Positions 1 to 9,579 of a DNA stretch of 42,557 bases are shown here, piece after piece. The translations under genes and the position numbers were made by a program. Position 1 is the first letter of the stretch. The number at the start of each line of letters is the position of its first letter. A model generated the notes under the pieces. It worked only from the letters and a program-made list of their open reading frames with translations. It was not told the origin of the DNA and did no database searches. Where the stretch lies: the sequence record DRR378314_2264. One strand, written 5' to 3'.

Positions 1-489
1 TCTTCCTAGTAAGTAGCCAGGCAACACATAAGCGGGAGCCCACAGGGCTGCGGAGGTGATATTGGCCCACAAAAAAGTGCGCTTTGGCATCCGCATCATA
101 CCTGCAATAAGCGGAATAATGGGGCGGACTGGACCTACAAACCGACCAATAAATACTGAATGGATACCATAACGGTTAAAAAAACGTACGCCGCGTTCAA
201 GCCATTCTGGGTGCATGGATAAAGGCCAGCGGTTAGTGACCTGTTCACGATGGTGGTAGCCGAGCAGGTAGCTAATGCTATCCCCCAGAATGGCGCCTAT
301 TAACGCAGCACCGATTAGCCATGGCAGGGCAATGGCTTCATGCCCCGCCACGGACGAAGCGGCGGTAATCAATACAACACCAGGCACCAATAAGCCAACC
401 AACGCAAGGGATTCAAGCAGCGAAATCAGTGTAACCATCAGGAGTAACATGGCTGGCGAGAGTGACAGGGCAAAAAGCGTATCAGCCAT
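1..489 (-). CDS. DedA/SNARE-associated family membrane protein, N-terminal part (possibly DedA-PAP2 fusion); runs off the window edge
   Basis: Not in the ORF track. Manual translation from ATG at 489 (GGAG upstream) gives MADTLFALS...LESLALVGLLVPG...GAILGDSISYLLG...FFNRYGIHSVFIGRFVGPVRPIIPLIAGMMRM...FLWANITSAALWA, containing the DedA motifs E-S-x7-PG, GD and GRF-x-G-x-x-R. Confidence 0.9.
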   Translation of the reverse strand, partial: MADTLFALSLSPAMLLLMVTLISLLESLALVGLLVPGVVLITAASSVAGHEAIALPWLIGAALIGAILGDSISYLLGYHHREQVTNRWPLSMHPEWLERGVRFFNRYGIHSVFIGRFVGPVRPIIPLIAGMMRMPKRTFLWANITSAALWAPAYVLPGYLLGR

Positions 490-516
490 GAAAAATACTG
501 CTCCATTTTATCCGCA

Positions 517-1449
517 TTAGGCGATAGATAATGCGTTTGCACGAGCTTCCAGGCGATTTATGTAGCGTTCAAAGCTCTCATTTCGGCATGGTAGGCAAAC
601 AGCAATACGGGTTTCTAACTGCCCCGTTTCTACTAGAACACGTTGTGATAGTGCGCGTTGAAGCCGCTCGCGCACCAACATAGCACCGCTCTCACTTGTG
701 TCGGGCAATACTAACCAGAACGTGGCGTTGCCTGCCCGGCCTAACAGATCGTGGTCGCGGCAACGGCTATTGACTTCGTTACAGAGAGCGCCCAGCAGCG
801 CCGTTTTTGCGCGAGAACCAAATTGCTCTTCCGCCATATCAAGTTGGGGTAAATGCATCACTAAGACTGCTAAGCGCTTGTTGAGCATTGCTGCGCGCAG
901 AAACTCATTGTGAAGACGCTCTTTTAGCGTATCAATATGGTAAGCATTGCAATCATTGTCGTTTGGATCTGTCGCCCTTAACAATGCTCTCTGTCGTGCG
1001 TGCTCCCATGGTGGTAAGGCCATCAGCAGAATGAGAGCGGTATAAGCAATAACTGTCTCTGAGGATGCATCGCTGTGACGGGTTAGTAGCCACCACAGGG
1101 GGCTGGAAAATACCGTTAGTAAGAAAGCGCTCGATAGCGGTAATAAAAAAAATGCAGCGGCCGTGGGCAGTCCGATCCAAATCGTAGAGGTGCTAGGATG
1201 ATTGTAGAAGGCGGCCAGGGTAATGATATAACTGCTACCCAGTAAAATAGCGCGGGGAATAACAGGCTTTAACGCCTGGCTGTGGTGCATTAACAACGCA
1301 GTAAGTAGCAGCAGTGTCACAAACATTGGCACTAAAAGGTCGTGATAATTGCCCATGCGATAAAGCCAGAATGTGTACCCTGCTACTAGGATCACACTCG
1401 CGGTGTAGGCAAAAGTCATCAGGTGTCTGTGCCGCAGTTGGTCAATCAT
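517..1449 (-). CDS. Membrane protein with a catalytically degenerate GGDEF domain that retains an RxxD I-site
   Basis: About 5-6 N-terminal hydrophobic segments, then ATDP...ERLHNEFLRA...LAVLVMHL...RDHDLLGRAGNATFWLVLPDTSESGAMLVRERL, which follows the GGDEF fold pattern with GNATF in place of GGDEF. Confidence 0.8.
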   Translation of the reverse strand: MIDQLRHRHLMTFAYTASVILVAGYTFWLYRMGNYHDLLVPMFVTLLLLTALLMHHSQALKPVIPRAILLGSSYIITLAAFYNHPSTSTIWIGLPTAAAFFLLPLSSAFLLTVFSSPLWWLLTRHSDASSETVIAYTALILLMALPPWEHARQRALLRATDPNDNDCNAYHIDTLKERLHNEFLRAAMLNKRLAVLVMHLPQLDMAEEQFGSRAKTALLGALCNEVNSRCRDHDLLGRAGNATFWLVLPDTSESGAMLVRERLQRALSQRVLVETGQLETRIAVCLPCRNESFERYINRLEARANALSIA

Positions 1450-2299
1450 TGTTACCTTCCCGTTGTTGAGGCGGGAGCTGAACTAGCGCCTCGACGGATA
1501 GACCCGATAGCTCTATATCCATTAGTGGTAGGTGGTGGGAGTGCTGTGTTTCTGGGAGGCCTGCGCAGAGAAGCTTGCGGCGTTGGGCGGCTTCCTTTGG
1601 GTTATGCGACAACATCAAGGCGGCAAGTGTCTGATTATTTAAGCGATAAACGTGTTCGAAGCTGTATATGAGGCTGCATAATTTTTGCCCCGACGACCAA
1701 AGCTGATGGCGTTTTACTTGGATAATTAATAACTCTGCATAGATGGCTTCACGTTCAGAACGGGTTTGTTCGCGGCTGAGGTCTCTCAGCAGCTGCCCGC
1801 TAGGCCATAGATTTAACCCGGGGATTAGCCGAAGGCGTTTGCGAATGGAGCCGTTAATATCGATTAACTGGCACGCTTTTGCGCTGGACAGCACGCCTAG
1901 TGTGATCAATGCCGCCAACAGTAGCAGCGCTTCGGGTAAGCTAAGAAGAGGGGCGATTAATGACCAGCTAATCAACGCGGCGCACGTATTGAACACGGCC
2001 ACCCAGCGTTTCTGAGGCAGCATAAACATTGCCGCCCACGCCCATATTAAAAAGCTATGGCGCTCTGGAGCCACGGCAATAAGTCCCAGTAGTAACGCCC
2101 CTGTGAGTACTTGCCAAGGTAGGCCTTTAGAACGACGATGGCTAAAGTCGAGCAATAGCGCAGTAACAAAAAGCCAGCCTACAGACAACCAAAGTACTAG
2201 CGCAGCCGCTGGCTGAGCCATATATGTCCAGGACGCTAATGCTAACGCCGCTGCGAACAAGTTGGCTCTTAGCAGGCGTATTTTGTACTTGTTTTGCAT
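1442..2299 (-). CDS. Membrane protein with a highly degenerate GGDEF-like C-terminal domain
   Basis: About 5-6 TM segments, then LIPGLNLW...LLRDLSREQTRSERE...ELLIIQV...SFEHVYRLNNQTLAALM, matching the GGDEF scaffold by eye. Overlaps the next gene by 8 bp. Confidence 0.6.
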   Translation of the reverse strand: MQNKYKIRLLRANLFAAALALASWTYMAQPAAALVLWLSVGWLFVTALLLDFSHRRSKGLPWQVLTGALLLGLIAVAPERHSFLIWAWAAMFMLPQKRWVAVFNTCAALISWSLIAPLLSLPEALLLLAALITLGVLSSAKACQLIDINGSIRKRLRLIPGLNLWPSGQLLRDLSREQTRSEREAIYAELLIIQVKRHQLWSSGQKLCSLIYSFEHVYRLNNQTLAALMLSHNPKEAAQRRKLLCAGLPETQHSHHLPLMDIELSGLSVEALVQLPPQQREGNND

Positions 2300-2485
2300 G
2301 GTGGCTTACTATTCACCTTTAATTCAAGATTGCCCATGGAGCACTTTGACTAGGCGTGGGCGTCAATATGTATTCATTAACAGCGTCAGTATAACGCCCT
2401 AATGGCGTAACATACTGCCAAACACCTAGTACCACTACCATAGAATGCAACTTGCCTTGCATACGCAATAAGACAGGGAGAAAGT

Positions 2486-3793
2486 ATGAGCGGTTCAAAC
2501 GCACGCCAAAACATAGCCCTACAGCAATTAGCTGCGGGGAATGTGCCCGCTTATATCCAGGTGCTCGGTCAAGGCGCTAGGGCTGCTGCTCGAGAGCTAC
2601 GTCGTGCTGATACGGGATTGAAAAATCGTGCGCTCGAGGCAATGGCGTCGCGCCTGACGGCCTCTAGACAGTTAATACTGGAAGCTAATGCGCTTGATTT
2701 GCAGCGTGGCAAAGAAACTGGCCTAGACGCTGCACTGCTTGATCGTCTGGCGCTTAATGATGCGCGAATTGATGCCATGGTCGAAGGCCTTCACCAAGTG
2801 GCTGCGCTGCCAGATCCCGTTGGCGAAATTGACGATATGCGCTATCGCCCAAGCGGCATTCAAGTTGGCAAAATGCGCGTACCGCTAGGGGTTATTGGCA
2901 TTATTTATGAATCTCGCCCGAACGTTACCCTTGAGGCAGCAAGCCTATGCTTAAAATCGGGTAATGCTTGCTTGCTACGCGGCGGTTCTGAGGCCAGTGC
3001 GTCAAATGCGGCGATTAGCAGTTGTATCCAGGAGGGGCTAGCCGATGTGGGCTTGCCAGCTGAATCCGTACAGGTTGTTGCCACCACCGATCGCGCTGCA
3101 GTGGGTGCGATGATTAGCATGCCCGAGTACGTCGACGTCATTATTCCAAGAGGTGGTAAGTCTCTGATCGAGCGCATTTCCCGCGAAGCAACGGTGCCGG
3201 TCATTAAACACCTCGACGGGGTTTGTCACGTTTACATCGACACTACGGCAGATCCCGCTAAAGCGCTGGCCATCGCGGTAAACGCCAAAACGCATCGCTA
3301 TGGCACCTGCAATACGATGGAAACGCTGCTGGTGGATGCGCCGATTGCCGATATCGTGCTGCCAGAGTTGGCTCGTGCCTACGCCGAGCACCATGTAGAG
3401 CTACGTGGTTGCGAGCGTGCACGGGCATTGCTACCCCAAGCGGCGTTGGCCACTGAAGAAGACTGGGGCGCTGAGTACCTTGCGCCGATTTTAGCGATTA
3501 AAGTCGTCGATGGAATGGATGAGGCGATTCAGCATATCGAGCAATATGGCTCCCATCATACCGATGCCATTGTGACTCAAGACATCAGTCTCGCGAGACG
3601 CTTCATGGCAGAGGTCGACTCAAGCTCAGTCATCGTAAATGCCTCTACGCGCTTTGCTGATGGCTTTGAGTATGGACTGGGTGCGGAAATTGGTATCTCA
3701 ACCGATAAGCTGCATGCGCGAGGGCCGGTTGGATTAGAAGGGCTTACAACGCAAAAATATGTAGTCTTTGGTGATGGGCAAATCAGGCAATGA
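2486..3793 (+). CDS. proA: Gamma-glutamyl phosphate reductase (glutamate-5-semialdehyde dehydrogenase)
   Basis: [66 protein letters not shown]. Confidence 0.97.
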   Translation: MSGSNARQNIALQQLAAGNVPAYIQVLGQGARAAARELRRADTGLKNRALEAMASRLTASRQLILEANALDLQRGKETGLDAALLDRLALNDARIDAMVEGLHQVAALPDPVGEIDDMRYRPSGIQVGKMRVPLGVIGIIYESRPNVTLEAASLCLKSGNACLLRGGSEASASNAAISSCIQEGLADVGLPAESVQVVATTDRAAVGAMISMPEYVDVIIPRGGKSLIERISREATVPVIKHLDGVCHVYIDTTADPAKALAIAVNAKTHRYGTCNTMETLLVDAPIADIVLPELARAYAEHHVELRGCERARALLPQAALATEEDWGAEYLAPILAIKVVDGMDEAIQHIEQYGSHHTDAIVTQDISLARRFMAEVDSSSVIVNASTRFADGFEYGLGAEIGISTDKLHARGPVGLEGLTTQKYVVFGDGQIRQ

Positions 3794-4449
3794 GTTCAAC
3801 ACCCATGCGAATAGGCATGCTGGGGGGCACATTTGATCCTGTACATCTGGGGCATTTGCGAAGCGCCGTTGAGGTTCGTGAAGCCCTGGAGCTTGATCGT
3901 TTGCACATGATTCCCGCACCTCAGCCGCCTCTGCGTGATACGCCTCAGGTGTCGCCGGAACAGCGTTTTGAGTTGTTAAGGCTAGGTATTAGCGACACGC
4001 CAGGTGTGATGGCTGATGATCGGGAGCTACGCCGCGAAGGGCCTTCTTATAGCGTGGATACGCTTGCTGAACTGCGGCAAGCGTACGGCGATAGCGCGAG
4101 TCTAGTGATGATTATTGGGTTCGATGCTTTTCTGCGGTTAGCCAAATGGCACAAAGCTCATCAGATATTCTCTTTAGCACATCTCGTTGTGATTGCTCGA
4201 CCAGGCTATAACGCGCGTTGGCCTGAGGAATTAAGGGAACTGGTGGGTAATCGTGAAGTCGATAGTGTAGATGAACTAATGCGAAGCCCTAATGGTAATG
4301 TTCTGACGCTGGCCTTGCCTTCCATGATGGCGATTTCGGCTACTTATATAAGAGAGCGTTTAGAAAAGGGCAAAAGCGTTCGTTATCTACTGCCTGAGGC
4401 CGTCGAGGAAGCCATTCTGCGGCACGGTTTCTATCATTCTGGTGAATAG
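3790..4449 (+). CDS. nadD: Nicotinate-nucleotide adenylyltransferase
   Basis: [12 protein letters not shown] (HxGH), SYSVDTL, IIGFD, ISATYIR. Confidence 0.96.
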   Translation: MSSTPMRIGMLGGTFDPVHLGHLRSAVEVREALELDRLHMIPAPQPPLRDTPQVSPEQRFELLRLGISDTPGVMADDRELRREGPSYSVDTLAELRQAYGDSASLVMIIGFDAFLRLAKWHKAHQIFSLAHLVVIARPGYNARWPEELRELVGNREVDSVDELMRSPNGNVLTLALPSMMAISATYIRERLEKGKSVRYLLPEAVEEAILRHGFYHSGE

Positions 4450-4556
4450 CGCTGGCAGTCAGGAAAGAAGCCGTTACAATGGCCGGCTGATTGACTGAAT
4501 ATCACTGAGCTTGCTTTTGCTGAGCTTACGACAACAAGGGGTTGCCTTTAGGAGCC

Positions 4557-4943
4557 ATGCACATCGATACACTTAAAAATCTAGCGGTTGATGCCCTAGA
4601 AGAGCTTAAAGCACGAGATATTACGCAGTTAGATGTTTCCAAGCTGACTGAAGTTACTGATTTGATGCTAATCGCCAGTGGTACCTCTACTCGCCACGTG
4701 GCTGCCTTAGCGCAAAATGTTGTGGAAAAGGCCAAAGCGTCAGGCCTTGCGCCCCGAGGTGTTGAAGGTGGCGATAATGCTGACTGGGTATTGGTCGATT
4801 TAGGCGATGTGGTTGTCCATATTATGTTGCCTGAAGCCAGAGCCCTTTATGATCTTGAGCGCTTATGGGCAGACCTGCCTAATGACGCTGGGGCTATTAG
4901 TGAATCGCTCAAACGGTTTGAAGAGCGAGCCACGATGTCATGA
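4557..4943 (+). CDS. rsfS: Ribosome silencing factor RsfS (Iojap)
   Basis: IASGTSTRHV, WVLVDLGDVVVHIM, YDLERLW. ATG at 4557 after AGGAG is preferred to the TTG at 4542. Confidence 0.95.
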   Translation: MHIDTLKNLAVDALEELKARDITQLDVSKLTEVTDLMLIASGTSTRHVAALAQNVVEKAKASGLAPRGVEGGDNADWVLVDLGDVVVHIMLPEARALYDLERLWADLPNDAGAISESLKRFEERATMS

Positions 4944-5407
4944 AGATCAGGCTGTTAGCGGTGGGCACCAAAATGCCTGCGTGGGTTGAGGAGGGCATTG
5001 AGACCTACCGCAAACGGCTGCCTCGAGACTTCTCGCTTGAAATTGAAGAGATTCCACTCGGTCAGCGTGGCAAAAATGCTGATATAGCTAAAGCGCGTGC
5101 GCAAGAGGCTCAGCGTATACGTGACAAGCTTCGTGGCGACGAGTATATCGTGGCACTTGAGGTTAAGGGTAAAACCTGGAGTACCGAGCAACTTGCTGAC
5201 GAAGCCGACGCTTGGCGCATGTTGGGCAAAGATATTGTGTTGTTGGTGGGAGGACCTGATGGCTTGGAGCCATCCCTTTCAGCAATGGCTGATAAAGCGT
5301 GGTCTTTATCGCCTCTCACGTTGCCACACCCACTGGTACGCATCATGCTGGCTGAGCAACTTTACCGGGCGTGGACACTGCTAGTAGGTCATCCCTATCA
5401 TCGATAA
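4940..5407 (+). CDS. rlmH: 23S rRNA pseudouridine-1915 N3-methyltransferase
   Basis: MKIRLLAVGTKMP, VGGPDGL, SLSPLTLPHPLVR, EQLYRAW, HPYHR. Confidence 0.96.
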   Translation: MKIRLLAVGTKMPAWVEEGIETYRKRLPRDFSLEIEEIPLGQRGKNADIAKARAQEAQRIRDKLRGDEYIVALEVKGKTWSTEQLADEADAWRMLGKDIVLLVGGPDGLEPSLSAMADKAWSLSPLTLPHPLVRIMLAEQLYRAWTLLVGHPYHR

Positions 5408-5442
5408 TTGTTTTTTGTCTGATTTGAGAGTCATCGTTACCC

Positions 5443-7350
5443 ATGCCTAAGCGCCATGACACGCTTAAAAACCCTGAGCAAGAATTGCGTATTTTTCGTG
5501 TCAGGGCGCTACTTGCCGTCTTAGTGGTGGTTGTTTTGACGGGATTGCTGACTGGACGATTAGCATACTTGCAGATCGTTCAGCACGATTTATACAGTAC
5601 TCGCTCCGAAAAAAACCGTGTCCGTGTCGAACCGCTGCCCCCCAATCGGGGGTTGATTTATGACCGCAATGGCGTCCTCCTTGCCGAAAATCGCCCTACC
5701 TATAACCTCACGTTGGTGCGCGAACGCGTTGATGATTTAGATGAAACGCTGGCGCTGTTAGTTGAGCTTCTAGACTTGCCCGAAGATGATATTGAAGCGT
5801 TCAATGTCCGTTCACGGCAACGCCAACGCCCGTTTCAACCCGCGCTTTTAATGAGTGATTTGAGCGAAGACCAAATCGCACGGCTAGCGGTGAATCGACA
5901 TCGTCTACCAGGGGTCGAAGTAGAGGCGCAACTGCTCCGTTACTATCCTGATGCCGAAATGATGGCCCATTCGCTGGGCTACGTAGGGCGCATCAACGCA
6001 GAAGAGCTGCAAACCCTCGATGCTGGGCGATATGCGGGAACACACTTTATTGGTAAAACGGGGATTGAGCGTTTTTACGAGACGGAACTGCACGGGCAGG
6101 CGGGGCTGCGTAAAGTTGAAACGAATGCGCGTGGGCGTGTACTTAGAGAGCTCGGTCGTACTGATCCGGTACCTGGGGAAAACCTTACTTTAACGCTTGA
6201 TAAGTCAATGCAAATGCTGGCTTACGAGCTGTTAGATGGCCGGCGTGGATCTATCGTCGCGATCGTTCCTGGGACGGGTGAAATCCTCGCCATGGTCTCG
6301 ACGCCTGGCTTTGATAGTAATCAGTTTGTGACGGGAATTGATGTCGCTTCTTATCGCGGCTTGCAGGAAAATATCGACCTCCCGCTGTTTAATCGAGCAA
6401 TTCGTGGCCATTATCCGCCAGGTTCAACCATTAAACCTTTTTTGGCGCTTGCGGGACTAGTCGAGGGTGTTATCACACCCGATAGCACGATTAATGATCC
6501 TGGTTTTTATCAGTTGCCCAACGACTCTCGCCGCTATCGTAACTGGCTGCGCTGGGGGCATGGCCGAGTAGATATGGAGCGGTCTCTTGCCGTTTCAAAC
6601 AATACTTATTATTACACCCTAGCCCATGATCTGGGTATCGATAATCTGCATGAACAAATGACCAATTTTGGCTTTGGCCAACGTGTTGCTCATGACGTGC
6701 AAGGCGAAAGCACCGGCCTGATGCCGTCTCGTGACTGGAAGCGGGCGCGTTTTAATCAGCCTTGGTATCCCGGTGAAACACTCTCTGTGGGAATCGGGCA
6801 GGGGTACTGGCAAGTAACTCCGTTACAACTGGCGAGTGCAACGGCTACATTGGCTAATCGCGGTCATTGGATAAAGCCACGTCTTGCGTTAGCAATAGGT
6901 GACGAGCCCTTAGCGCTGGATTTGCCGGATACGCTGCCCGATATTCAGTTGGATAATGACAGCTGGTGGGACCGTGTTTTCAGCGGCATGGAAAAAGTAA
7001 TCAGCGGGAGAGAAGGCACGGCACGCCGCACAGGGGTGGGGCTAGAGTATCGGATGGGGGGTAAATCAGGCACTGCCCAAGTGTTCTCGCTTGGGCAAGA
7101 TCAGCGTTACAACGCCGCAGAACTTGAAGAGCGTTTACGCGATCACGCTCTTTTTATGGCGTTTGCGCCCATCGACGATCCACAAATTGCGGTCTCAGTT
7201 ATTGTTGAAAATGCTGGGGGCGGGAGTACGCATGCCGCTCATTTGGCGCGTGCGATGACCGATGCATGGATATTAAGAGACGATGCTCCAGACGCTGAAG
7301 AAGTTAAAGAAGTATTGGAAGAAGATACTGCCAACGTGGAGGGCAACTAA
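5443..7350 (+). CDS. mrdA: Penicillin-binding protein 2
   Basis: N-terminal TM, RGLIYDRNG, SxxK (GSTIKP), SNN, KSGTAQ; adjacent to rodA. Confidence 0.96.
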   Translation: MPKRHDTLKNPEQELRIFRVRALLAVLVVVVLTGLLTGRLAYLQIVQHDLYSTRSEKNRVRVEPLPPNRGLIYDRNGVLLAENRPTYNLTLVRERVDDLDETLALLVELLDLPEDDIEAFNVRSRQRQRPFQPALLMSDLSEDQIARLAVNRHRLPGVEVEAQLLRYYPDAEMMAHSLGYVGRINAEELQTLDAGRYAGTHFIGKTGIERFYETELHGQAGLRKVETNARGRVLRELGRTDPVPGENLTLTLDKSMQMLAYELLDGRRGSIVAIVPGTGEILAMVSTPGFDSNQFVTGIDVASYRGLQENIDLPLFNRAIRGHYPPGSTIKPFLALAGLVEGVITPDSTINDPGFYQLPNDSRRYRNWLRWGHGRVDMERSLAVSNNTYYYTLAHDLGIDNLHEQMTNFGFGQRVAHDVQGESTGLMPSRDWKRARFNQPWYPGETLSVGIGQGYWQVTPLQLASATATLANRGHWIKPRLALAIGDEPLALDLPDTLPDIQLDNDSWWDRVFSGMEKVISGREGTARRTGVGLEYRMGGKSGTAQVFSLGQDQRYNAAELEERLRDHALFMAFAPIDDPQIAVSVIVENAGGGSTHAAHLARAMTDAWILRDDAPDAEEVKEVLEEDTANVEGN

Positions 7351-8513
7351 TGAGGTCATGGCAAACCCTCTCTCGCCCACTGCGTCGTTATCCAGTACGC
7401 CCACCCGATAGCGGTATTGCTCGGCGCAAAAGCATCTGGGAGCGGATTCACCTTGACCCGTGGCTGTTAGGTTTGCTGCTGTTGCTAATGGGGGGTGGCC
7501 TATTAGTGCTTTATAGCGCTTCCGGGCAGCGTATTGATACCGTGATTGCGCAAGCGATACGTTTCGGTGTTGCCATCGCTGTTATGGTGGTTATTGCTCA
7601 ATTGTCGCCTTCCACGTTTCTGCGCTGGGCTCCCTTTGCCTACGGTCTGGGCTTAGCCATGTTGTTGGCAGTTGAAATAGCGGGCGATGTGGGGATGGGA
7701 GCAAAGCGGTGGCTTGAAATACCGGGCGTTATTCGATTTCAGCCATCTGAAATGATGAAGCTAGCGGTGCCACTGATGGTGGCTGCCTATCTGAATCGTT
7801 GCCAATTACCGCCACGTTTCAAGCATATTTTTGTTTGTGCGGTGATCATCGGCTTGCCGGTGGTGCTTACGGCTATTCAGCCGGATCTTGGAACGTCGCT
7901 TTTAGTGGCTAGCGCGGCGGTGATTGTTGTGCTGTTGGCAGGTTTATCCTGGCGCCTAATTGGATTAATAGGTGCCTTAATTGCAGCAGGGCTACCTGTT
8001 CTATGGATGAATATGCATAACTATCAGCGTCAACGGGTTTTAACGTTCCTGGATCCGGATAGCGACCCCTTAGGGGCGGGTTGGAATATTATTCAATCAA
8101 CAACCGCGATAGGTAGCGGTGGCTTATGGGGGAAGGGCTGGCTTGAGGGTACTCAGTCTCAATTAGAATTCCTGCCTGAGCGCCATACGGATTTTATTAT
8201 TGCCGTGCTAGGTGAAGAGTTTGGCCTAGTGGGAATGCTGGTACTGTTATCCCTGTATGTCATGATTGTGGGGCGAGGTCTTTGGCTGGCAGCCTCTGCT
8301 CAGGACACCTTCGGGCGACTTTTTGCAGGCAGTATTATCCTGACGTTTTTTATATATGTGTTTGTCAATGTCGGCATGGTAAGTGGTATTTTGCCCGTTG
8401 TTGGCGTACCGCTGCCGCTAGTGAGCTATGGCGGGACTTCCAGCGTGACCTTGCTGGCAGGGTTCGGTATTCTCATGTCAATACATGCCCATCGGCGGTT
8501 GTTGCCGCGCTAG
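7350..8513 (+). CDS. rodA: Rod shape-determining SEDS glycosyltransferase RodA
   Basis: GAKRW, FQPSEMMK, QPDLGT, LPERHTDFI, GVPLPLVSYGGTS; TAATG overlap with mrdA. Confidence 0.96.
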   Translation: MRSWQTLSRPLRRYPVRPPDSGIARRKSIWERIHLDPWLLGLLLLLMGGGLLVLYSASGQRIDTVIAQAIRFGVAIAVMVVIAQLSPSTFLRWAPFAYGLGLAMLLAVEIAGDVGMGAKRWLEIPGVIRFQPSEMMKLAVPLMVAAYLNRCQLPPRFKHIFVCAVIIGLPVVLTAIQPDLGTSLLVASAAVIVVLLAGLSWRLIGLIGALIAAGLPVLWMNMHNYQRQRVLTFLDPDSDPLGAGWNIIQSTTAIGSGGLWGKGWLEGTQSQLEFLPERHTDFIIAVLGEEFGLVGMLVLLSLYVMIVGRGLWLAASAQDTFGRLFAGSIILTFFIYVFVNVGMVSGILPVVGVPLPLVSYGGTSSVTLLAGFGILMSIHAHRRLLPR

Positions 8514-8560
8514 TATCGAATGGATAAGTAGCGGTGCTTTTTCACAGGAGTGGTAAGTTA

Positions 8561-9577
8561 ATGAAATGGGCCCGAAGTAAAGCAAGCGGCTGCGTAGCAG
8601 CTATGTTATTGGCGTGCTCTTACACGGTTGCATGGGCTGACGACGCGTCGCCTTTTGATCCGCAGCAGCACGAAGGTACGCAACAGCTAGTTGACGAGTT
8701 AGCAGAACAAGGCATTCCTCGGCAATGGCTAACAGATGCCTTGAATCAAGCCAGCTTTAACCAATCTGTTTTGGACGCGATGGAAGGTGCGGCTGAACGC
8801 CGCTTACGTTGGTATGAGTATCGAGATATATTCTTAACTCAGCAACGTATTGAGGAGGGGGCCGAGTTCATCAGTGAGTATGAGGATGCGTTTGCTCGGG
8901 CTGAGGACGTTTATGGTGTCCCGCCAGAGGTCATTGCTGCCATTATTGGTGTTGAAACCTATTACGGTAAGCATAAAGGTCGCCACCTCGTATTAGACTC
9001 ATTAGCAACATTAGCCTTCAACCATCCTGTTCGTGGTGGCTTTTTTCGCGGCGAACTGGCGGCTTTTTTGAAAATCGCTCATGAGCAAGGCGTTGAGGTT
9101 GACGAGCTGTATGGTTCGTATGCCGGCGCAATGGGGTATCCCCAGTTTATTCCCACAAGTTATCAAGCCTATGCCGTCGATTTTGACGATGATGGTAAAC
9201 GAGATTTATGGGAGAATCCGGTCGATGCTATTGGCAGTGTGGCGAACTATTTTGCTGTACATGGTTGGCAGCGTGATGGGGCAATTTATCATGAGGCCGA
9301 TGGCCCTGATTCAGCGCCTGATACGCTTCCTATTAACCAAACCAGTAAGCCTGAAGTGACTGTGTCTGAAGCGATTGAAGCTGGCATTGAACCACAGAGT
9401 GCACTGGATTCAGAGCTGCTTGTGGTGCCTTTAAGGCTCGAGCTTGCTGATGGTAGTATCCAATATCGCTTGGGGGAATATAACTTTTACGTTATTACCC
9501 GCTATAACCACAGCCATCTCTATGCAATGGCAGTGACAGAACTGTCAGAGGCGATTGCACGGCAGGTTGAGGGCTAA
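8561..9577 (+). CDS. mltB: Lytic murein transglycosylase B family (SltB1/MltB)
   Basis: IIGVETYYG (catalytic Glu), GSYAGAMGYPQFIP, EF-hand-like DFDDDGKRD, ITRYNHS. ATG at 8561 follows AGGAG. Confidence 0.92.
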   Translation: MKWARSKASGCVAAMLLACSYTVAWADDASPFDPQQHEGTQQLVDELAEQGIPRQWLTDALNQASFNQSVLDAMEGAAERRLRWYEYRDIFLTQQRIEEGAEFISEYEDAFARAEDVYGVPPEVIAAIIGVETYYGKHKGRHLVLDSLATLAFNHPVRGGFFRGELAAFLKIAHEQGVEVDELYGSYAGAMGYPQFIPTSYQAYAVDFDDDGKRDLWENPVDAIGSVANYFAVHGWQRDGAIYHEADGPDSAPDTLPINQTSKPEVTVSEAIEAGIEPQSALDSELLVVPLRLELADGSIQYRLGEYNFYVITRYNHSHLYAMAVTELSEAIARQVEG

Positions 9578-9579
9578 CT

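Noticed and set aside
275-520. 81-aa plus-strand ORF from the track
   Set aside because: It is antisense to the DedA gene, which the track missed because that gene runs off the window edge.
2486-3793. proA without an adjacent proB
   Set aside because: The proA-nadD linkage with proB elsewhere is the normal Pseudomonas/Oceanospirillales arrangement.
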